Source: an uncultured Acidobacteriaceae bacterium (lineage in GTDB: Bacteria; Acidobacteriota; Terriglobia; Terriglobales; Acidobacteriaceae). From it: a DNA stretch of 64,000 bases. Of this stretch, positions 12,532 through 21,954 are shown in pieces. The notes below the pieces were generated by a model. That model saw only the letters and a program-made list of their open reading frames with translations. It was not told where the DNA came from and ran no database searches. The first letter of the stretch is position 1. The number at the start of each line of letters is the position of its first letter. Position numbers and translations under genes: made by a program. The stretch is from assembly GCA_964242495.1 (NCBI GenBank), contig CAXSZS010000002.1, positions 59,693 to 123,692 of the forward strand, read 5' to 3'.

Positions 12532-12585
12532 GGCGGGAGTATAGACGGTTGTGGGTTGGGGATGCAGAGTTACGGGTGGCACAGA

Positions 12586-12910
12586 AAAAGCGAGGGTAAG
12601 GGCAAAGGCAACAGCAAGGGCAAGGGCAAAGGCAACAGCAACAGCAAGGGCAACAGCAGATCCCTCCGCTGCGCTGCGGGATGACAATTCAAAAAAGCAG
12701 AAGCAAAGGCAAAAGCAAAAGCAAAGGCAAAGGCAAAAGCAAAGGCAAAGGCAAAAGCAAGGACAAAAGCAAAAGCAAATACAGAGGTCCTTCGCTGCGC
12801 TCAGGATGACGACTGAAGCAAAACAAAGGCAAGAACAAAAACACAGGCAAGAGCAAGGACAAAAGCAGGAGCAAGGGCAAGGGTGAACGCAGATTCTTTC
12901 GGGGATGACA
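12586..12910 (+). repeat. Composite array: three (GCAARG)n hexamer tracts, each followed by a GATGAC box (Box-A)
   Basis: Tracts at about 12586-12657, 12694-12779 and 12815-12884. Boxes: agatccctccgctgcgctgcgggatgaca (12658-12686), gaggtccttcgctgcgctcaggatgacg (12784-12811), and a truncated cgcagattctttcggggatgacaac (12888-12910). Confidence 0.85.
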
Positions 12911-12982
12911 ACGAAAGAGTGGGGGCGGGCACGAGCTGGGACAGAGGACAACGGCGGGAGCTGGTTGTCGTCTAATGGGTGC

Positions 12983-14101
12983 ATGGGGATCGCAGGGCAG
13001 ATGTGGCGCGGCGGAGTGGTGGCTTTGGTGCTGGCGGGAACGCCGGTGGTGTGGGCGCAGGCGGCTCCGTCCTGCCCGCCGGTGAAGGACGCGCAGGGAA
13101 ATCTGGTGATGGATCCGCGCTGTGCGAACGCCAACGCTCCCGTACCGGCGGCACCGGCGATGGGTGGCGCCAGCGCGGGTGGGGCCGGCGCGGGTGGAGC
13201 CGGTGCGGGTAGGTCGGCGGCGCAACGGTTTCCGTATCCGGGCGAGACTGCTGCTCCGACACCCGGTTCGGGTAGCCAGCCGGCCGCGACGGATCTTCCC
13301 GCGGCGCAGGACGGCGCTACGGGCACCATTGATGGAGTCCCGGTGAACTCAGAGGGCACACCGGTGGGCCCAGGGGCGCCGGCAGTCCAAGGAACATCGG
13401 CGACTCCGGGGATACCAGCCGCCCCGGGAACGGCGGCAGCGCCGGGAGCCGCAGGACCGGGAGCCGCCGCGCCGGGAGCCGCGGCAGCGGGAGCAGGCGC
13501 GGCCAAGCGGTTTCCGTATCCGGGTGATCCGGACGCGGGAGGACAGCCTGAAAAGGGGCGTTCGGGCCAACCGCCGTTGCAGGATGCCGGGAGTTCGGGC
13601 TCTTCGAGCACTTCGGGTACGCCGGGGGAGGCGGGCGAGGACGGGTCGAGCAATTCTTCGTCAAGCAGTTCTTCGTCGAGCAGTTCGTCAGCCAGGGATG
13701 GCAATGCGACGGACCGGAGTGGCCGTGTGCCGGGTGGTTCGACAGATCCGGATGACCCGGCGGCGGACCCGGAGGCGATTGCGCGAGCTCGGAAGGCGCG
13801 CCGCAAGCTGCCGCCGGTGGCGCGGCAGAGCCCGTCGGAGCGTGAGCAGGAAGATGTGCAGGTTGCCGGGTTCTACCAGAACGATGGCAATTTCAAGGGC
13901 GCGTATGAGCGGGCGCGGGATGCGGTTTCGCTGGATAAGGATGATCCGGCGGCGCACCTGGCTTTGGCGGAATCGGCGCGAAAACTGGGCAAGTTGGACG
14001 AGGCAATGCAGGAGTACAGGCAGTGCCTGGGGTTGGACCCAGAGCCGAAGTTGCGGAAGGTGGCCGATCGGGCGCTGAAGGAGATGACCGGCGGGGGGTG
14101 A
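12983..14101 (+). CDS. Exported low-complexity protein with C-terminal TPR-like repeats
   Basis: Signal-like WRGGVVALVLAGTPVVWAQA. Pro/Ala/Gly-rich region, a Ser run, two RFPYPG motifs, and a TPR-like C-terminus (GNFKGAYERARDAVSLDKDDPAAHLALAESARKLGKLDEAMQEYRQCL). Start is uncertain between 12983 and 13001; the track start 12905 lies inside a repeat box. Confidence 0.65.
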   Translation: MGIAGQMWRGGVVALVLAGTPVVWAQAAPSCPPVKDAQGNLVMDPRCANANAPVPAAPAMGGASAGGAGAGGAGAGRSAAQRFPYPGETAAPTPGSGSQPAATDLPAAQDGATGTIDGVPVNSEGTPVGPGAPAVQGTSATPGIPAAPGTAAAPGAAGPGAAAPGAAAAGAGAAKRFPYPGDPDAGGQPEKGRSGQPPLQDAGSSGSSSTSGTPGEAGEDGSSNSSSSSSSSSSSSARDGNATDRSGRVPGGSTDPDDPAADPEAIARARKARRKLPPVARQSPSEREQEDVQVAGFYQNDGNFKGAYERARDAVSLDKDDPAAHLALAESARKLGKLDEAMQEYRQCLGLDPEPKLRKVADRALKEMTGGG

Positions 14102-14194
14102 GGCGTTGTAGGCCTTCTCGCCGTCGTCGTAGTCCTAAACAGTCAGAGTAGGTTTCGCACTCCTCACGTTATAGAGGCGCCCGGACGGTACACA

Positions 14195-14233
14195 GAAGTC
14201 CTTCCCCTTCGGCGAGCTCAGGGTCAGGATGAC
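14195..14233 (+). repeat. Box-A repeat (single copy)
   Basis: gaagtccttccccttcggcgagctcagggtcaggatgac. Lies between convergent genes. Confidence 0.6.
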
Positions 14234-14251
14234 GGGCGATGGGGTGACTGC

Positions 14252-14806
14252 CTATATCTCTCGACCGGGGTACGGGCGTTTGAGGAAGCCTGGTACCCCG
14301 GTTGGTAGGGGGCGGGGTTGGGCTTGCTTTTTGACCGCTGATTTTGAGGTGGAGGGCTTGATTTTCTGGTTGGGCGTGACGGCGTCCGAGCCCGGCACGA
14401 TCTCGGCGTCCAGGTCTTCTTCGACGAGCAGATACTTGCGGAGGTAGCGGAGCGGCTCTTCGGCTGCGGCCATCTGGCTCAGGTGGTACCGCCAGACATC
14501 GGGGCGCACGGTACGGCGGGTGAAGGATTTGCGCTGGATGATGCGGCGGGAGCCATCCGGCATGCGGCGTTCGAAGGTCTGGGTCGGGACCTCGAAGGCC
14601 ATTTCGGAGCCGGGCTTCCAGAAGGCGCTTGCGAACTCATGGCTGAAGATGAGGGCGTAGTAACGGCGCTGCGTGTCGAGCAGGGTGAGCGCGGCTTCGG
14701 TGCTGATCCAGGGGAGGCCGAGACGGGCGGTGTACCAGCGGCGGAACTCGAAGCCGTTGCTGCGGGCGCGGGCGGTGACGAGTTGGAGAAGATCGAGCCG
14801 AGTCAT
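14252..14806 (-). CDS. Hypothetical protein
   Basis: 184 aa with coding-like composition. The basic C-terminal tail ends in KRPYPGREI. No domain recognised. Confidence 0.55.
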   Translation of the reverse strand: MTRLDLLQLVTARARSNGFEFRRWYTARLGLPWISTEAALTLLDTQRRYYALIFSHEFASAFWKPGSEMAFEVPTQTFERRMPDGSRRIIQRKSFTRRTVRPDVWRYHLSQMAAAEEPLRYLRKYLLVEEDLDAEIVPGSDAVTPNQKIKPSTSKSAVKKQAQPRPLPTGVPGFLKRPYPGREI

Positions 14807-14882
14807 CGCGGGTTACCTGCCGATTATGGCAGATGACCGCTCGTTCTCACGGGTTATGGTCGATTGCTGGAGGAGAACAGGA

Positions 14883-15407
14883 TCAAGCTTCGAAATTGGT
14901 TTCGCGGCGGATGCGGTCGCGGAGGTGATCTGCGGCGAGCGAGGGGACAGCAATGGGCTGGCTGGCGACGAAGTGGCCGTGACGCTGACGCCAAAGCCGC
15001 AGCAGCAGAAGAATGCCGCCGATGCCGAGGGCGAGCACAGCGAAGGGAACGATCCAGGCGACGAGGTCGAAGCCGCCGCGCATGGGGGCGGCCAGCACGG
15101 TGGGACCGTATTTTGCGGCGAACCAGTTCAGGATGCCGCTGTTGCCGAGCCCGGAGGCGAGCTCGTTGCGCAGCTCGGCGATCATGCCGCTGGAGTCGGG
15201 ACAGCCGACGTGGTTGCACTCGAGCAGGATTTCAGCGCAGCCGCAGGGGCACATGAGTTTGTGGCCGACCGCGTCGAAGCGGGTGGAAGGATTACCGGCA
15301 CCGAGCATGGTGAGTCCGGCGACGCAGACGAGGAGGAGTTGGAAGAGGCGGGTGAAGGGAAGTTTGAGGGATGAGGAGTTGAGGGGTGAGGCGGGAGGCT
15401 TAGGCAT
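14883..15407 (-). CDS. ccmH: Cytochrome c-type biogenesis protein CcmH/NrfF-like
   Basis: 174 aa. Signal/TM, Cys motif KLMCPCGC...LECNHVGC, ...YGPTVLAAP, C-terminal TM. Its start overlaps the ccmF stop by 8 nt. Confidence 0.75.
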   Translation of the reverse strand: MPKPPASPLNSSSLKLPFTRLFQLLLVCVAGLTMLGAGNPSTRFDAVGHKLMCPCGCAEILLECNHVGCPDSSGMIAELRNELASGLGNSGILNWFAAKYGPTVLAAPMRGGFDLVAWIVPFAVLALGIGGILLLLRLWRQRHGHFVASQPIAVPSLAADHLRDRIRRETNFEA

Positions 15408-17571
15408 GGCCGGCCTCTGTGTGGGTTGCAGTTCGGTGGGCCAGATTTGGCGCCAAGTGGGGTTCCGGGCGGCCCCAGGTGGCGAAGGCGGGGTTCGGAA
15501 CCGGGGTTTTGGCAGGGTTGACTACCCGTTGGGCGTTGGCTTTGAGTGAGGGCGCCAGGGCAATGAAGGTGCCGAAGATGACGATACCGACGCCGATCCA
15601 GATCCAGTTGACGAGCGGATTGAGGAAGACCTTGATCGTGGGTTTGTCGGTTTGCGGGCTGCGGCCTTCGAAGACGACGTAGAGATCGCGTGCCAGGGTG
15701 GAGTGGATGGCGACGACGGTGGAGGCTTGGGCGTGGTCGGTTTCGGGGAAATAGACGCGGCGCTCGGGAGAGAGGCGCGTGACCAGCTTGGCGCCGTGGT
15801 AGAGGTCAAGCAGGGCGTAGTCGGTGTCGTAGTTGCCGTTGGTGTCCTGTGAATACGATTGGCAGACGAGCTTCCAGGAGCCTACGGAAAGGGAGTCGCC
15901 GAAGCCCATCTCCATCTCGCGAGACTGGTTGAAGGCGGCGCCAGCCAGGCCGATGAACATGACCACGATGCCGAAATGGATGAGGTAGCCACCGTAGCGA
16001 CGGGTGTTGCGGCGGGTGAGCAGAAGGCCGGCGCTTAGAAGATTGCGGCCAGTCTGGGTGCGCAGGACGTTGGCGCCGCGCAGGAACTCGCTGAGAATGG
16101 CAATGAGGACGCCGGCCGAGAGTGACATGCAGACCAGGGCGTAAATCGTCGAGGTAGGGTCATCCTCGCGCCAGGGGCGAAGGCCGGTGGCCATGAGGAC
16201 GCCCGCGGTGAGCAGGATGGTGGCGCAGGGCAGCAGGAAGTTGCGGCGCAGGGCGCGAAGCGAGGTGGAGCGCCAGGCGAGCAGCGGGCCGACCCCGGTG
16301 AGGAGGATGAGGCCGAGACCGATGGGCACCATCACCTTGTTGTAAAACGGGGGGCCCATGGTGACCTTGGAGCCTTGCACGTACTCGGAAAGGACGGGGA
16401 AGAGGGTGCCCCAAAGAACGGTGAAGCAGGAGGCGAGCAGGATCAGGTTGTTGAAGAGGAAGCTGGATTCGCGGGAGACGAGGGATTCAAGCCGGTTTTC
16501 AGACTTGAGGTGGTCCTTCTGCTTGAAAAAGGTGAAGAGGCAGACCGCAAAGGTGAGCACCAGAAAGCCGGTGAACCAGTTGCCGATGGAGCTTTGGGCA
16601 AAGGCGTGCACAGAGCTGACGAGCCCGGAGCGGGTGAGCAGGGTGCCGAGCACGGAAAGCAGAAACGTGACGAAGATGAGCCACACATTCCAGACCTTCA
16701 TCATGCCGCGCTTTTCCTGCATCATGACGGAGTGAAGGAAGGCGGTACCGGCGAGCCAGGGCATCAGCGAGGCGTTTTCGACGGGGTCCCAGCCCCAGTA
16801 GCCGCCCCAGCCGAGCACGGCGTAGGCCCAGTGCATGCCCAGAACGATGCCGGCGGTGAGAAAAAGCCAGGTGACCATCGTCCAGCGGCGGGTGATGTGG
16901 ATCCACTTTTCGCCGGGGTAGCGCATCATCAGCGCGCCGAGCGCGAAGGCGAAGGGGACCGAGAAGCCGACGTAGCCGAGATAGAGCATCGGCGGGTGGA
17001 TGACCATCTCCGGGTATTGCAGCAGAGGATTGAGCCCGAAGCCGTCTGCCGGGATGACGCCGCCGGCCACGAGCGCAAACGGGGGCGCGGCAAAGACGAG
17101 CAGAAGAACGAAGAAGACCTGAATGCCCGAGAGGATCGTGGAGGCATAGGCGGAGAGGGTGATGTCGACCTTGTGGCGCAGGCGCAGCACGAAGCCGTAG
17201 GCGGCCAGCAGCCAGGCCCAGAGCAGAAGCGAGCCCTCCTGCCCGGACCAGAGCGCGGAGAATTTGTACATCGGATTCAGGGCGCGGTTGGTGTGGTGCA
17301 GGATGTAATCGACGGAAAAGTCATTGGTGTAGGCAGCCCAGATGAGCGCAAAGGCTGCGCAGGAGAGGGCGAGAAAGCTGGCAAGCCCGGCGCGGCGCGA
17401 GGTTTCGCGCAGGCGCTCGGGAGCGACCGCCAGCGGCCGGGCATAGGCGATAGCCCAAAGCGCGAGACTGCCGGAACCCAGGGTGTAGACGCTGAGGGCG
17501 AGGGCCAGCAGCAGGGAGAAGCTGCCGAAAGAGGGCATGGGATGCGGCATCGCGGGGGATATCCCTTCCAT
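15400..17571 (-). CDS. ccmF: Cytochrome c heme lyase subunit CcmF
   Basis: 723 aa polytopic protein with the WWD motif WGGYWGWDPVENASLMPWL. An internal start (M8 or M12) is possible. Confidence 0.9.
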   Translation of the reverse strand: MEGISPAMPHPMPSFGSFSLLLALALSVYTLGSGSLALWAIAYARPLAVAPERLRETSRRAGLASFLALSCAAFALIWAAYTNDFSVDYILHHTNRALNPMYKFSALWSGQEGSLLLWAWLLAAYGFVLRLRHKVDITLSAYASTILSGIQVFFVLLLVFAAPPFALVAGGVIPADGFGLNPLLQYPEMVIHPPMLYLGYVGFSVPFAFALGALMMRYPGEKWIHITRRWTMVTWLFLTAGIVLGMHWAYAVLGWGGYWGWDPVENASLMPWLAGTAFLHSVMMQEKRGMMKVWNVWLIFVTFLLSVLGTLLTRSGLVSSVHAFAQSSIGNWFTGFLVLTFAVCLFTFFKQKDHLKSENRLESLVSRESSFLFNNLILLASCFTVLWGTLFPVLSEYVQGSKVTMGPPFYNKVMVPIGLGLILLTGVGPLLAWRSTSLRALRRNFLLPCATILLTAGVLMATGLRPWREDDPTSTIYALVCMSLSAGVLIAILSEFLRGANVLRTQTGRNLLSAGLLLTRRNTRRYGGYLIHFGIVVMFIGLAGAAFNQSREMEMGFGDSLSVGSWKLVCQSYSQDTNGNYDTDYALLDLYHGAKLVTRLSPERRVYFPETDHAQASTVVAIHSTLARDLYVVFEGRSPQTDKPTIKVFLNPLVNWIWIGVGIVIFGTFIALAPSLKANAQRVVNPAKTPVPNPAFATWGRPEPHLAPNLAHRTATHTEAGHA

Positions 17572-17779
17572 ATTTCATTCTCGCAGAGGTCGTCTCCCGA
17601 TGTGTGGCCGGGAACTACGATAATCGAACCAGGAGGCGGTATTCGGCAAACGTCTTCTATATGCCTTTGAAAAGGGTTAGTTTGTTTGCTGGAGACGGTA
17701 CATCGTCGATCGAGTGGATCCTGCAAGGGACTACATTCCGGGAGCTGACGCGTGAAGACGAGGTGTTTTTAAGGGGAAA

Positions 17780-18589
17780 GTGATGAAGAAACGGTGTTCA
17801 CCTATATTGCTGCTGGTCATCACCGCAGTAGTGGCCGCAGCTTCGGTCGCAGCAGTGGCCGCAGCTGCGGCCACTGCGCAGGAACTGTCGCCCATGGCGG
17901 CCACGGCGGATCCAGCCTTTGAGGTAGCCACAATTAAACTAAGCGACCCGAACGGGGGCAGTTCGGGCTTCCAAACCAGCGGCCATCGTGTGCTTGTGTT
18001 GAACGAATCTGTGACGTCCATGCTGATGTTCGCCTATGGCGTGCAACGCAAGCAGGTCGTCAATACGCCGTCGTGGCTGGAAACCGATCACTTCGATGTG
18101 GCGGGCATACCCGATATAGCGGGTGAGCCGAACGTGGAACAATACCGTGTGATGGTGCGCAAGCTGTTGGCGGACCGCTTCCACCTGCAGTTTCACCGTG
18201 ACCAACGAGAGATGTCGATCTACGTGCTCAGCGTAGGGAAGAGCGGATCGAAGCTGACCCCCAGCGCCAGCAATCCCCAGGCTGGGCAGGATCAGACCGG
18301 CAACGGAGGAGCGATCAACGATTGGCGGTTGACCAACAATTCCATGCCTGAGTTCACCAAGTTCCTGGAGACACAGCTAGATCGGCCAGTGGTGGATGGG
18401 ACTGGGCTTACCGGTAAGTATGACTTCCGGCTGAAATGGGCTTCGGAGCAGGCGCAGGAGGCCGACCCGAATACGCCGCCGACCCTGTTTACCGCTATTC
18501 AGGAACAGCTGGGATTGAAGCTGCAGCCCACCAGAGGCATGGCCGAGGTACTTGTAGTCAGCCATGTGGACAGGCCTTCAGCCAACTAG
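17780..18589 (+). CDS. TIGR03435-like soil-associated (acidobacterial paralog family) exported protein
   Basis: 269 aa. Signal peptide, FEVATIK, DRPVVDGTGLTGKYDFRLKW and GLKLQPTRGMAEVLVV fit my recollection of TIGR03435. An ATG at 17783 is an alternative start. Confidence 0.75.
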   Translation: MMKKRCSPILLLVITAVVAAASVAAVAAAAATAQELSPMAATADPAFEVATIKLSDPNGGSSGFQTSGHRVLVLNESVTSMLMFAYGVQRKQVVNTPSWLETDHFDVAGIPDIAGEPNVEQYRVMVRKLLADRFHLQFHRDQREMSIYVLSVGKSGSKLTPSASNPQAGQDQTGNGGAINDWRLTNNSMPEFTKFLETQLDRPVVDGTGLTGKYDFRLKWASEQAQEADPNTPPTLFTAIQEQLGLKLQPTRGMAEVLVVSHVDRPSAN

Positions 18590-18712
18590 AGCAGATGAAG
18601 CAAGAGCCAAGATAAGAATAGGCGGAGATCCTTTTCCGGAATCGTACCCAGAGCGGCGAAAAGCGAGTCAGGAGGCGTGTGCTGCGCACTCAGCCCATCT
18701 GCAAGCCGACAT

Positions 18713-19087
18713 CTACACGGCGCTTTTGGCGACGAGGCGGTGAACACTGGCGAGCAGATTGTCCGGCAGAAGAGGTTTAAGGCGAAAGTGAACGTCCATA
18801 CCCACATATTCATCTTCGGCTTCGGCGAGGCCGCTGATGACGAGGACAGGGACCTCTGGGTCGAAGCTGCGTACCTCGCGCACAAACTCGGCGCCGGTCA
18901 TGCCCGGCATGATGTGGTCGGTGATGATGAGATCGATCGGGGCGGGGAACTCCCCGTTGCGGTATTGTTCGAGCGCCCGCTCGGGGCTGAGCACGGCGAT
19001 GACAAAGAAGCCGGCACGCTTGAGGATGGTTTGGCGTGTGGCGGCCTGTACCGCGTTGTCATCGATGAGGAGAAGTGTTGGTGGCAT
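18713..19087 (-). CDS. Single-domain response regulator (receiver only)
   Basis: ATG at 19087 starts MPPTLLLIDDN.... LIITDHIMPGMTG and VLVISG are receiver motifs. No output domain. Confidence 0.8.
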   Translation of the reverse strand: MPPTLLLIDDNAVQAATRQTILKRAGFFVIAVLSPERALEQYRNGEFPAPIDLIITDHIMPGMTGAEFVREVRSFDPEVPVLVISGLAEAEDEYVGMDVHFRLKPLLPDNLLASVHRLVAKSAV

Positions 19088-19368
19088 GCCGTTCCGAGCT
19101 TTCCGATGAAGATTGGTCTTGTTCGACGGTGTAATCGCTGCTAGCCGGTCAGCCACGTGCGCAGATCATTCTGCTTACCTGAGATGCAGAGGAAAACGGA
19201 AATGCTGTATGCGGAGCGGGTTCTCCTCTTCACCTGAAAGTTGTAGAGGATGGGTAGCAAGCGCTTCTTGTGATGCCGGGATGCGAGGAGAGGGCGACGC
19301 GGGCTGAGGGACCGTCGCGCATGAGCAGCCTTCCCGTTATGCCCGGTGTTGCCTGCGATAATGGCGGT

Positions 19369-21843
19369 ATGAAGCGCCGCACCATTCGCCACTACGAGTT
19401 TCTGCGAAAGATTGGCGCGGGCGGCAGCGGGGTTGTCTTTTTAGCTAATGACACCCTGCTGCAACGGCCGGTGGTGCTGAAGCTGTTGAAACGCGGGTCG
19501 CAAACGGCCGAGCAAATCCGCGTGACGCAGCTGCGGGAGGCGCGGCTGGCTTCGGCGATCGATCACCCCAATGTTTGCGCGATTTATGAGGTGGGGGAGG
19601 AGCAGGACGAGGCGTACATCGTCATGCAATACATCCCCGGCAAGAGCCTCGACAAGGTGATCGCGGAGGGGCCGGCGAGCGTGCAGCTGGTGCTTTCGAG
19701 CGGCATTCAGATCGCGGATGGTTTACAGGCAGCGCACAACCTGGGGATTTTTCATCGCGATTTGAAGCCGGCAAATGTGATGTTGACCGATGGCGGGCTG
19801 ATCAAGATCCTGGACTTCGGTTTGGCGCGGCAGCTGAAGCGGGAGCAGCGGGAGTTCGATCCATCGAGCCCCGGGCCGGCCATTTTGCCGGCGCTGCCGG
19901 ATGCGACCTACACGGCGCGTGGGGGGACGATCGCCTATATGGCTCCGGAACAGTTCGTCACCGGACAAAGCAGCGTGCGCAGCGACATCTTCGCGATGGG
20001 CTTGCTGCTGTATGAGCTTGTGAGTGGGCGGCATCCCTTTCAACGGCCCGAGGGGCAGGAGTTGCAGAGCATCCGTGCGATCCAGTTTGCCGATCCACCG
20101 CCGGTGCGGGAGATTGTGCCGGAGATTCCGGCCGAGTTGGAGAGCGTGATCCTGCGCTGCCTGGCCAAGCAGCCGTCGGAGCGGTATGCGTCGGCGGCGG
20201 AGGTGCGGGAGGGGCTGAAGACGATTTTGAAGTCGCTGCAGTTGGATTTTGCGGCGCTGCCGGGGGAGAGTGCGAGCTTTATGGCCGCGCAACAACGGCT
20301 GGACCTCCAAACGCCGGAGGAGGAGAAGCGGACGACGGGGCTGCTTTCGATGCTGGCGGAGCGGTTTCGCGACTCCACCGAGACGGAGACGGAAAAGCGC
20401 ACCACGATTGTCGTAATCCCGTTTGTAAACCTGGGCAAGAACGATGGGTCGCCGTTTTACGGATCGGCGCTGGCGGACGCGCTGGGGGCGCGATTGGCCA
20501 AGGTGGCCTCGCTGGTGGTGCGGCCCTCGAGTTCGCTGATGAATCTTGGCGCCAAGGCACTCGATCCGCTGACGATTGGGCGCAAGCTGCTGGTGGATTT
20601 TGTGCTGGCGGGCAGCTTTTTGCGGTCGGAAAAGGGCTTCGACCTGAACTGGCAGATGCTGGATGTGAAGGGAGAAAGCGTGCGCACGGGCGGGTCGATC
20701 AGCGTGGCCAGCTTCGACCTGATTTCGGTGCAGACCGAGATTTGCGACGAGGTGTTTGCGGAGCTGCAGGGCGCCAGAAGCTTGCAGACGAACGTGAGCG
20801 ACGGCGGGCGGCGGGCGAAGCTGGGTGATGCCGATTCGGAGGATTACCTGCGCGCGCGGGCGTTGCTTTCGTCCTTCATGGCGCGCACAGGGAGCCGAGG
20901 GGAGTTGGACCGCGCCTGCCGATTGTTCGAGGGCGTGACGGAGCGCGATCCGGGGTATGCGCCCGGGTGGTCCGGTTTGGGGATCACGCACCTGCAGTAC
21001 GCGCTGCATGGGCTGGGCGGGCAGATGCATGTGCTGGAGGCGCGGCGGGCGTTCGATAAGGCGCTGGAGCGCGATCCAGCATCGGTGGAAGCGAATCTGT
21101 ACCGGGTGTACATGCTGCTTTCGCGTGGCGAGAAGGAGAGCGCGCGGCATGGGATCGAACACCTGCTGCAGGGCGCGGCGAACGACTGGAACGTGCACCT
21201 GGTGGCCGGGCTGACGCTGCGGCTGGATGGTTTGTATGTGGATGCGCTGGACCAGTTCAATATGTCGTTGCGGCTGAATCCGGCGAACGCGGCGCTGATC
21301 TATAACCATCGCGCGCGGGTGTACCAGTACCAGAATCAGCTGGAGATGGCGGGCGACGAGATCGAAAAGGGGCTGACGCTGGAGCCGCGGCAGCCGCTGC
21401 TGCGGATCTCGAGCGGCTACCAGCAGATGCGGTTGGGGCAGGTGTCGAAGGCGATTGCGACGCTCGAAAGCGTAACCAACGATGATGCTTCCTTGCGAAT
21501 CGTGTACCCGACGATTGCGATGTGCTACGTGCAGTTGGGAGACCGGAAACGGGCGGCGGAGTTTATCCGCGAAGATGTGCTAACGGCCGCCGAGGCGGAC
21601 AGCGAGATGGCGTACCGGCTGGCGACGTATTTTGCGGTCGAAGGCGATGCCAGTGAGGCGCTGCATTGGCTGCGGCGGGCGATCTATCTGGGAAACGAGA
21701 ACTACCCGTGGTTCAGCATTAACCCGGCCTGGCGCGGGATGGCGGAGAACCATGATTTCCATCGCGCGCTGGAGGATTTGAAGAAGAGTTACCGGCGCAA
21801 CCAGAAGAACTGGAAGCGGTTGCTGGCGCAGGTGATGCGGTAG
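19369..21843 (+). CDS. Ser/Thr protein kinase with a central TolB-N-like module and C-terminal TPR repeats
   Basis: ATG at 19369 starts MKRRTIRHYEFLRKIGAGGSGVV. HRDLKPANV, DFG and APE motifs are present. The segment TTIVVIPFVNLG...DFVLAGSF and the TPR-like repeats follow. No TM segment. Confidence 0.9.
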   Translation: MKRRTIRHYEFLRKIGAGGSGVVFLANDTLLQRPVVLKLLKRGSQTAEQIRVTQLREARLASAIDHPNVCAIYEVGEEQDEAYIVMQYIPGKSLDKVIAEGPASVQLVLSSGIQIADGLQAAHNLGIFHRDLKPANVMLTDGGLIKILDFGLARQLKREQREFDPSSPGPAILPALPDATYTARGGTIAYMAPEQFVTGQSSVRSDIFAMGLLLYELVSGRHPFQRPEGQELQSIRAIQFADPPPVREIVPEIPAELESVILRCLAKQPSERYASAAEVREGLKTILKSLQLDFAALPGESASFMAAQQRLDLQTPEEEKRTTGLLSMLAERFRDSTETETEKRTTIVVIPFVNLGKNDGSPFYGSALADALGARLAKVASLVVRPSSSLMNLGAKALDPLTIGRKLLVDFVLAGSFLRSEKGFDLNWQMLDVKGESVRTGGSISVASFDLISVQTEICDEVFAELQGARSLQTNVSDGGRRAKLGDADSEDYLRARALLSSFMARTGSRGELDRACRLFEGVTERDPGYAPGWSGLGITHLQYALHGLGGQMHVLEARRAFDKALERDPASVEANLYRVYMLLSRGEKESARHGIEHLLQGAANDWNVHLVAGLTLRLDGLYVDALDQFNMSLRLNPANAALIYNHRARVYQYQNQLEMAGDEIEKGLTLEPRQPLLRISSGYQQMRLGQVSKAIATLESVTNDDASLRIVYPTIAMCYVQLGDRKRAAEFIREDVLTAAEADSEMAYRLATYFAVEGDASEALHWLRRAIYLGNENYPWFSINPAWRGMAENHDFHRALEDLKKSYRRNQKNWKRLLAQVMR

Positions 21844-21866
21844 GGATGGATGCTTTCAACCACAAA

Positions 21867-21910
21867 CTGCAGGTCTCTCCACTTCGGCTGCGCCTCCGGT
21901 CGAGATGACC
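21867..21910 (+). repeat. Box-B hairpin repeat, copy A (short form)
   Basis: ctgcaggtctctccacttcggctgcgcctccggtcgagatgacc. Confidence 0.8.
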
Positions 21911-21954
21911 ATAACTCATGATGGGATTCGTTACTGCCGAGCAGGTGGGGGACG

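Noticed and set aside
12586-12910. CRISPR-like appearance (about 25-nt boxes separated by 70-90 nt)
   Set aside because: The boxes are not identical and one is truncated. The 'spacers' are hexamer microsatellites rather than unique sequences. No cas genes or leader are present.
12052-13806. 584-aa ORF as one large protein
   Set aside because: Only the C-terminal 159 aa form the SET domain. The rest runs through the hexamer/Box-A repeat array and antisense to the TPR-protein gene.
19723-21309. 528-aa minus-strand ORF; similar giants at 52463-54025 (520 aa), 31746-33326 (526 aa), 57597-59057 (486 aa), 16375-17670 (431 aa) and 55027-56079 (350 aa)
   Set aside because: Each lies antisense to, or out of frame with, a gene that has clear family motifs (kinase, TonB receptor, oxidase/outer-membrane factor, M20/DUF218, ccmF, VWA). 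Their composition is the Arg/Pro/His/Gln-rich pattern typical of non-coding frames in high-GC DNA.
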